Positions 56,949 to 64,000 of a DNA stretch of 64,000 nt are shown in pieces; position 1 is the stretch's first letter, and each line of letters starts with the position of its first letter. The stretch comes from Eremomyces bilateralis CBS 781.70 (Eukaryota): assembly GCA_010015585.1 (NCBI GenBank), contig ML975163.1; one strand, 5' to 3'. The notes beneath the pieces were generated by a model. It ran no database searches and was not told where the DNA came from. It saw only the letters and a program-made list of their open reading frames with translations. A program made the position numbers and the translations under genes.

Positions 56949-57712
56949 AATGTCGAATGATAAGATATTGGGCTATTATTGATTAAATGTGATGGTGCTA
57001 GCGTTGAATCATTCTCTCAATGATTCCTCGCGGCATGATATAGTAGCCAGTCCTAAAGGCGTCCTCTTTAAATACCTCAGTCAATGTCTACGGCTCTATC
57101 AGCAAGGGTACTACTCGCTTCGCCTCATTCATGAAACTCGAAATGTCTGGATATCAAGCCTGCCTGAGATTCACAGCCTTACCGGTTCATGAAGACAGGC
57201 GAATCGCCTAGTTTAGCGCCACGCTTGGCTGCCCACTCCGATGGGACGAATGTAGCCATTCACTCATGTCGCCGTAACGCTGCTACAACACAATTCCTGC
57301 TCCATATCGGGAAATATTCGAATCTGAGATCATGGAAAGAGATAAGGCACTCGTGAATTGAAGAAAACGATCGCTTACTGATGACTCGAATGCATGGCGC
57401 CAAGGTTGCGGCGAGGACCGCTGCGGACCCGACTAGCTTCCTTTGGGATTCTTTGCCTGGTCGCAACCCACTTCATTTATATCGGCAGCGCTTGCCTTGA
57501 GCAGATTATCAGTCATTGGTGGCTGTACGGAAACCAGATCGAGGAGCCTAAAACGACTCCGACTCAAATGGGCTCCGGCTCAAATCGTATGCGATCTGGG
57601 AACGGGCAAGCAATAAAGAATCCATCAGCCCCTAGCGAATCGCAGCAAATCGCAGCAAATCGCAAGCGACACTCCATTTTATATCACACTAGACAACTCC
57701 ATACGTGCTATG

Positions 57713-58004
57713 TAGGGTGGGTGTAAGAAATGAAATAAATAGGAGTCTGTAAATTACCGAATTAATGCAAGAAAGTAGTTTATTTCTTTCCATTATTTTC
57801 TTACCTAATCAGAAATCTCGTAGAAGCCCCTTGGCGGTTGGTTTTCCCGACCATAAATGTTCGTGCCTTAGGCATCAACATACGATGCGCTAAACAAATT
57901 GGGTTAGCGTTTTTTGCGAAATTTACATCGTATTCTTTGTTTCTTACACAAATTTGGGGATTTCTTCGCAACAAATGTTTATTTCATAAATTTTACCCAC
58001 CCTA
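57713..58004. mobile_element. hAT-type MITE (292 bp)
   Basis: TIRs TAGGGTGGGT...ATGAAATAAA; perfect 8-bp TSD GTGCTATG at 57705-57712 and 58005-58012. Confidence 0.92.
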
Positions 58005-59269
58005 GTGCTATGACAGGAAACGTAGTATGAAACAGGGAAGACTAGCCGCACAGTATCGACTGTCTAGAAGACGCAGGGCCAAGCATGAGGTGGAAAAGGA
58101 GAGAGGGGAACCTTGCGCATTGTTGGCTGCTGTTGAATGAAAATTAATGAGATCTAAATTTGGCTAGGAATCAAAGGAGTGGGTGATAGTTTGGAGTTGC
58201 AGTCGTTCTCATACCTACCCATGGCCACGTTTGGCCAAACAGACACATAGACCCTTGGCGCGAACCGGCCCGCTTTCCCCGCAGCCTTGTCTCCTGTAGC
58301 GACGGGCGGTACAGTTGCGACCAGAATCGGTTTCCGGTTTGCACTCTGATTTGTTCTCATCGCACGATCCAACATGACAAGGGCAGCTGCGTATTTACCA
58401 CTAGTTTTCGTTACATAATCGAACCATTTCTTGGCTTGAAGCATTGCTGCCTTAGACGGTTATGAATCATGTGGTTTTAATCTTTCGAAGATCGTCAATC
58501 CGAGAACATATTATTAGCGATTAGGAAGAAGACCGTATTCCGTCCGATCCAGCATCAAGAACCGCAGAAATCTGCGGTCTTTAATTTCATCTCTGAAGAG
58601 CCAGATCAGGATCCCTTTTGAAGTGCGGATAATATTTTGGCCGGTATTCAATGTATATCTTCCTTGGTTGTTCTGGATCACTGATATCTAACTTAACCAC
58701 CTTGAATGAGTGATTTCTATATTCAGTATGCCTGACAGTGAGCTTGTTCGTCCGTGTTTTCAAGTATAAAACATTTTCTAGGTGAATTACGCTTTTAAAT
58801 TTAGCGAGCAGGATCGGGGAAAATTTATGCATGTATGTCGATTCATTCAGAGTCAGATCCGGCAGAAACTTGAGGTTCCGCCGCAGTTTCCTGAGGGGTC
58901 TGTAGGGACTCCTCAAGAGGTACTTTCGCTAAATTACGACTAACCGTAAAGTACTGGCTGTTTTCATAGCTTACCAAGCAAGGTCAAGCTCAGAATATCG
59001 TATGAGCCAGCCTGCTAAACCCTTTTTCAAGTGGCTAATACTATATGTATCGACCGTATCGATCCGGGAATTGGTGCCGCCTTCGGGTCGCCTTGCCTGT
59101 TCTTCGTATTAACATGACTACGCATCCTTGCTTTGAAACGGCGCGAGTATCGCTTATGCCGGCTTCACCGATAGGGGGTGGCGTAGCGCACTGGTGATTT
59201 GCTTGCCAGCTCGGCAGGATCTTCGGCAGAGAGCCCTAAGGCGAGAAGCGGTGGAGTGGGCGAGTTCTA

Positions 59270-59351
59270 GGTGAGCAGTGGATGAGAAGTAAGTGAGCAG
59301 TGGGTGAGCAGTGGGTGTGTAGTGGGTGAGGGCGGTGAGGCAGTGGGTGAG
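59270..59351. repeat. Short tandem GTGAGCAGTGG array
   Basis: About 6-7 degenerate 11-12-bp units. Confidence 0.7.
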
Positions 59352-59788
59352 TATCTGAGTATTGAGTACTCCGTAATCTGAGTGCTACAGAATTACCATT
59401 TGTAGTCTAGCGCCATTATATTTAGGTATAGCGCTGTTTTCCATTTTTAATCTTCACGTCCTTCAAAACATAAATAGTAATTCTGAGAGAGTAGTATATC
59501 ATGTGACCATGAGGGTGTAAATGGAGCGGCAGTGAGGGTGTGAACGGAGCACCAACGGGTGTGAAAGGAGCCTCACCCGTCCCTGGTAAGGCACCCCGGT
59601 CTTTGAGCACTACAGTCTGCAGCCATCAAGGGGAGAGATGCAACGAGGCAGACAGCTGTGCCGCATTGTATCAAGTTTAATAACCCCTCAAGCCTTCATT
59701 AAATGTGTTCCAAGTTCGTGTTTCTCTTAATCTCACCGACTCTTAACTCAGTTTTATTATCATCTGTACCTTATATCCTACTTCAACT

Positions 59789-62098
59789 ATGCCTCTCAAT
59801 CTGACTCTGGATGATGAATCTCTGCCTCTTACACGGAGTATTGCAAATGAGAACTTCCCGCAACAAGGCCAAATTGACTGGGTGTCATTATCGCGAGGCA
59901 CCATTAACTTCTCCTTTGGCGTCCTCTCCAGGCTATCTGCGGCGTCTGTGGATCCATATACCCTCTCGTTGGGTCATTTTATCGGGAGTAATTTCCAATT
60001 TTCGTGCACTGGACGGCAGAACATTGAACAAACGCTTAGAGGCCTCAAATCCTTTGGTGGTGTTGGCGATGTTCTCTGGTTCGGGTTCGGCGTCAAACAT
60101 CTTATTCGTGCCATATCGGTTACCGAACAGGGTGCAATGTTGGTTGCTCTCTGCGCAACGCTCGCAGAATGCTTTCCAGATGAGATAAGCGCGGAAGTAC
60201 TCAGCCACCTTGCGAAAGGCACCGCGGACTTGAAAGTTGTACCATCATTGAGCGAATGGCGCTCCTTAGTGCGCTGTTGCGCGGGAACTGTCGCCACAAC
60301 ACCGTTTCCGTTGCGGGCAGAGACACTCATGGGAGTTCATGTTGGGATCGCTACTGGATCATCCGTTGGAAACCCGGATCCACATGGCTTAGCAGAGACA
60401 TTGCTTGGTATAGGCAAGCTCTCGCGCGGTGTGTGGAAGTCGATCACGATTACCGGACCAAGGGAGGTAGGGTGGATTGCAGCAGTGGCTGAATGGCTGT
60501 TCGGACTCACAGTCACCATCCTCAACGAGGACGGCGACGTGAAATATTCGAGTAGTCGAATTGACCATGTCGCGAGCATCATTATTTTACCCGAAAATAC
60601 GTCTGAAACAGTGGGAAAAGCTCCCATGTTACACGTTGTGGATAAATCATTCGAACTCCGCACCGCTCTGGACCTTTTTAACCTTAATTCGAGTGTACCT
60701 TTAGGTGGCGATAATGTTACTCGCATCTGTGGTCGAGTCAAGTGGCACCAGTGTTTGCATGCGGCATTTGGTATCCACTTCGAAAAGCTGATGACGATGA
60801 AGACAACATTTTGCGAGATATTTGCAAGTGCCTCACGGGTTTTCAAGGCCATTGCGAATTGCAATAAAGACATACAAACAGGGGACTCCTCCAGAAATCG
60901 GCTCTATACTGATCGTTCCTTCGGCATTGGACTTATACAGCACTCGGCGAATTGGCTCCCTGAACTCTCGCCTGCGGCGTCCACCATTCAAAATTGTTAC
61001 GACAACACCCCAGATGCGGAAGCTAGAAGCAAGTACGAGGCGAGGCTTGCGCTGCTGGCAGTGTCTTGTAAATGCAGGTTATGCGACCCACCAAAGAGTC
61101 GTGTGCGCAAAGATGATGCTGACCTTCGGTGCCTCGTTGTGATCACCGAGACAATAATTGTGCTTTGCAGATTATTGTCGACGCTTGAACTTGTCGAATC
61201 GCCTTTTCCTCTCCTGCGAGGTATTCAGAAATTGTACGGCGTGCAAGCGACCAGACGCTGCAGATTTCGAGATCAAGAGACAGATATGGGCGCGGTAGTG
61301 CATATACTGGATGATCCGCGCGTAGAAGGCACTGCACCGCTACTTGCTGCGCTATCGCTCTTCGCTGGACGTTCAGCGCTCAACCTAGACAAGAACGTGA
61401 TATGGCCTTGTGCGGTGTCAGCTGGAGGAATCTGTGTTTATCTGAATACCCTTCATGAGCCTTCTGATGATAAGGAGGTTGTAAACCAGATCTGTGTGGT
61501 TCCAGGACAGATCGAGTGCAACGAGAAGCCATTCTACTGCGTTGAAGATTGGCCTTACTCGAATGAGAATCTCTCTCGCTGGTTGGACGGTCAGGCAGAG
61601 TGTCGAATGCGGGAACCCACAGGGGACGAGCGTTGGACCAAGATGACTAACAGCTCTTTGATGTGTAGTGTCAAGGTTGAAGTTAAGGAGACAGTTCGCT
61701 CTCTAGCCATAAGATACAACATCATGGATGATCGGAACCAGCCAACACACCTATCTTTCAGCCCGATGCTTTTGGCTCAAGGGGCTTCGCATTCGCGCGG
61801 TCTAGTCCATTGCCCAGAATCGCATCGGGTTCAACCCATGGTTGCTTCTGGAAGCCCATCTGAGGAGCTATTAAAACGTCTCGAAGAAACAGGGATCACA
61901 TTTCGTTTGTTGAAAGCTCCAGTGCTAGGGCGATGCGCGGCATTGACGAGTTTTGGTCACAATCTGATTCTTCAAGAGAATGAGTGTCTAGACTGTTGCA
62001 TCAAATCAGCTCTAAGCAGCGACAGCACTGAGATTATCGTCATTTCACAAACCGAAAGAGGAAGCGCATCTGACTCGGTGTTCAGCGAAAATAGATAG
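59789..62098 (+). CDS. Intronless 769-aa fungal protein of unknown function
   Basis: Long uninterrupted ORF with QQGQIDWVSLS, VLWFGFGVKHLIR, CKCRLC and a C-terminal ECLDCC. Confidence 0.85.
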   Translation: MPLNLTLDDESLPLTRSIANENFPQQGQIDWVSLSRGTINFSFGVLSRLSAASVDPYTLSLGHFIGSNFQFSCTGRQNIEQTLRGLKSFGGVGDVLWFGFGVKHLIRAISVTEQGAMLVALCATLAECFPDEISAEVLSHLAKGTADLKVVPSLSEWRSLVRCCAGTVATTPFPLRAETLMGVHVGIATGSSVGNPDPHGLAETLLGIGKLSRGVWKSITITGPREVGWIAAVAEWLFGLTVTILNEDGDVKYSSSRIDHVASIIILPENTSETVGKAPMLHVVDKSFELRTALDLFNLNSSVPLGGDNVTRICGRVKWHQCLHAAFGIHFEKLMTMKTTFCEIFASASRVFKAIANCNKDIQTGDSSRNRLYTDRSFGIGLIQHSANWLPELSPAASTIQNCYDNTPDAEARSKYEARLALLAVSCKCRLCDPPKSRVRKDDADLRCLVVITETIIVLCRLLSTLELVESPFPLLRGIQKLYGVQATRRCRFRDQETDMGAVVHILDDPRVEGTAPLLAALSLFAGRSALNLDKNVIWPCAVSAGGICVYLNTLHEPSDDKEVVNQICVVPGQIECNEKPFYCVEDWPYSNENLSRWLDGQAECRMREPTGDERWTKMTNSSLMCSVKVEVKETVRSLAIRYNIMDDRNQPTHLSFSPMLLAQGASHSRGLVHCPESHRVQPMVASGSPSEELLKRLEETGITFRLLKAPVLGRCAALTSFGHNLILQENECLDCCIKSALSSDSTEIIVISQTERGSASDSVFSENR

Positions 62099-63809
62099 TA
62101 GTTTACTACCACAGATATTGAATCAGACATTTCACAATCGAGAGTACTACGTTTGTCTTTTTGTTAATAATTATCATGGATGTAAGCCAGGTTTGTCAAT
62201 GACGAAAACTTGCAGAGCAATCTGAAAAGGCTATGTTGGAATGTGAGCCAATTATGTAGACTAGACCTATACTCGAAAGAAATCCTGATTTGGCTCTTCA
62301 AGATGTGGAAACAAACAGGGCAAGTTTCTGCGGTATATGATTCGGGATCGATCAAGCATGAACAGCAGGTGCTCTCTGTGCTCCTGTGTCCTCACTCCAA
62401 GCAAAGAAAAGAACAGGAACGGGCACGACGAAACGATCAATCGAGTGACGGCCCTTAACATTGGTAATTATATGCGAAGGCAGAGGGAGGCTCTACAGCG
62501 GAGCTATAGTATTTAACAGTGTCATTTTCCGAAATTAGCATAGAGATATAGCAGTTGCTGACACGGTTTGGATGCGCAAGGTCTGCGATTACCAAGTTCC
62601 ATTAATCTAAACTGAAGAGAGAGAAGGAAGAAACCTCCCAGCGTCTCTGCGCGCAAGATATAGAAGATACTTCCTTTGTTCCTATCTCCTTTGTGCCTAT
62701 CTCCTTTGTGCCATCCACTAGCCACATCCCTGTGGCGTCAGCCATACTCAAGGGCTCAGGCCACAGGCCTGGGACCATAACAGTTGCGAAAGTCGAAAAC
62801 CCTCCAAAAACGGCGTCAGAAACCTCCGTGTCTGGAGGCAATTTCTGTAGCACACAAAGTTACTCCGTAGGGAACGAAGGGTTCGCGCCCGATGGAGGAA
62901 ATCTCGCGCCGCCAACAGGAGTTCCGGTTCGCGAGATGCCCGGGGTTGTCGATAGGAGCGTGCATCTCCGATCCAAGATGGCATATGGGCGCCCGGTAAA
63001 GGATAAGGGGAATTTGAATTGTGAATTGCACGAGGACAGGGATAGTTGCCACTTAAGTATTCGGGGCCGCTGCGGTGGAAGACGCTCTGCACTCGCTATC
63101 CTATCGCCACGGCTCGACCGCTCTTCTACTTGCATGCGCAACCCCGGAATTTACCCCTGAGTTTGCCTCGCCGCTCTTGCCGCCAGTCCACGACTTGCAA
63201 GAGGATGTGCATTCTACACCCAAGGCATGGATATACCATTCTGTCCTGGTTAGCGTGCCATCAGTAATATTGTTTGGGGGGTGCGTCCAAAAATAGCGGA
63301 AGGTGAAGCGGTAACATGGATTGACATTGATGCGGTCTGCTTGATATCTTTCGTTTTCATCTCCCTTTCAGTCCACGACCAGTGACGGCCAGGTATAATA
63401 TGCGACGACGCTCTCATCCCTATGCACACGCCCAAGGTTAGAGGAGAAAATGGTCACTACAAAATTCCATCGTCGCTGGATCCGAGATCGTACACAAGCT
63501 GCTTGACTCAAAGATAAGGGGCTGCCTCTGTCTATAAGAGCGCATGGTTGCGAGAAGTGTAATAATTGGGTTGGAGGAAATCTCAATGGTCGTGCTGGGC
63601 CACTAACCTCGAGTAGCCAGGGGTATCGGTAGTCAGTGGACCGTTATCCCGCGGGTAGATCCAGCTGCTCACGTTTAGATGATCGTAGAAATTCTAGTCC
63701 ACGAGACCACATGCAATGGCAACCGAGCAATTAGATCCACGGGCTTTTAAGTTCGCATGGATGGGTTGGCGTGCAAGAGCTGGAACAGCCACACCGCAAA
63801 GCACACTCG

Positions 63810-64000
63810 TCAAGATGCCTCACCGTCATCGTCACCGTCGGTGTCACCGATTTCACCTGGTTCGGCCTCACCGGATGCTTTAAGCATTGTCAGTTGGGCT
63901 ACGACTCGAAACTCCTACGTACGAATAGCAAGCTGCAATCGAGCGAGCGTGGCACCTCCCATGCCAATGATCCAAGCCAGAGACAGATTGGGGCATTAAC
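63810..64000 (-). CDS. Possible 3' end of a gene entering from beyond the window
   Basis: GTACGT..CTGAC..AAG intron followed by an acidic tail GEAEPGEIGDTDGDDDGEAS*. Confidence 0.35.

Larger units (their letters stand above)
41568..62869. mobile_element. Putative nested 21.3-kb element bounded by 75-bp inverted repeats
   Basis: 41568-41642 versus the reverse complement of 62795-62869: 64/75 identical and ungapped by manual alignment. Confidence 0.6.
32129..64000 (+). mobile_element. Starship-like giant transposon region (left end approximate; right end not found in window)
   Basis: The first gene is a DUF3435-type recombinase ~460 bp from a TTAC. Downstream content switches from housekeeping genes to pseudogenes, MITEs, repeats and accessory genes. 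Confidence 0.7.

Noticed and set aside
58154..58916. Minus-strand ORF fragments as a gene
   Set aside because: Short and disjoint with no recognisable domain; possibly a remnant but unsupported.

Overview
Filamentous ascomycete (Pezizomycotina-type) genomic DNA with GT-AG introns, in two parts. The first ~32 kb is ordinary core genome: the end of a Fot1/pogo-like transposon, an MFS drug transporter, CENP-I/Mis6, a conserved hypothetical protein, a mitochondrial GGQ release factor, an SPT small-subunit-like protein, CRT10, EMC7, ELP5, a frameshifted ASXH protein, SEC22, an intronless catalase-peroxidase katG, a secreted/GPI-like protein and an HD hydrolase. From ~32.1 kb to the window end is an accessory region that looks like a Starship giant transposon. 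It opens with a DUF3435-type tyrosine-recombinase 'captain' carrying two in-frame TAG codons at Trp-like positions. After that come repeat-rich DNA, a SET-domain pseudogene, two MITEs with target-site duplications, two tandem sacsin/NO VEIN-like GHKL-ATPase + PD-(D/E)xK nuclease genes and an intronless 769-aa unknown gene. The most notable unexplained structure is a ~52-bp palindromic site (inverted arms around an 8-bp asymmetric spacer, with compensatory changes) present three times. Two of the copies extend into a 75-bp inverted repeat bracketing a 21.3-kb nested unit. All family calls come from motif recognition by eye, not database searches, and exon boundaries are approximate.
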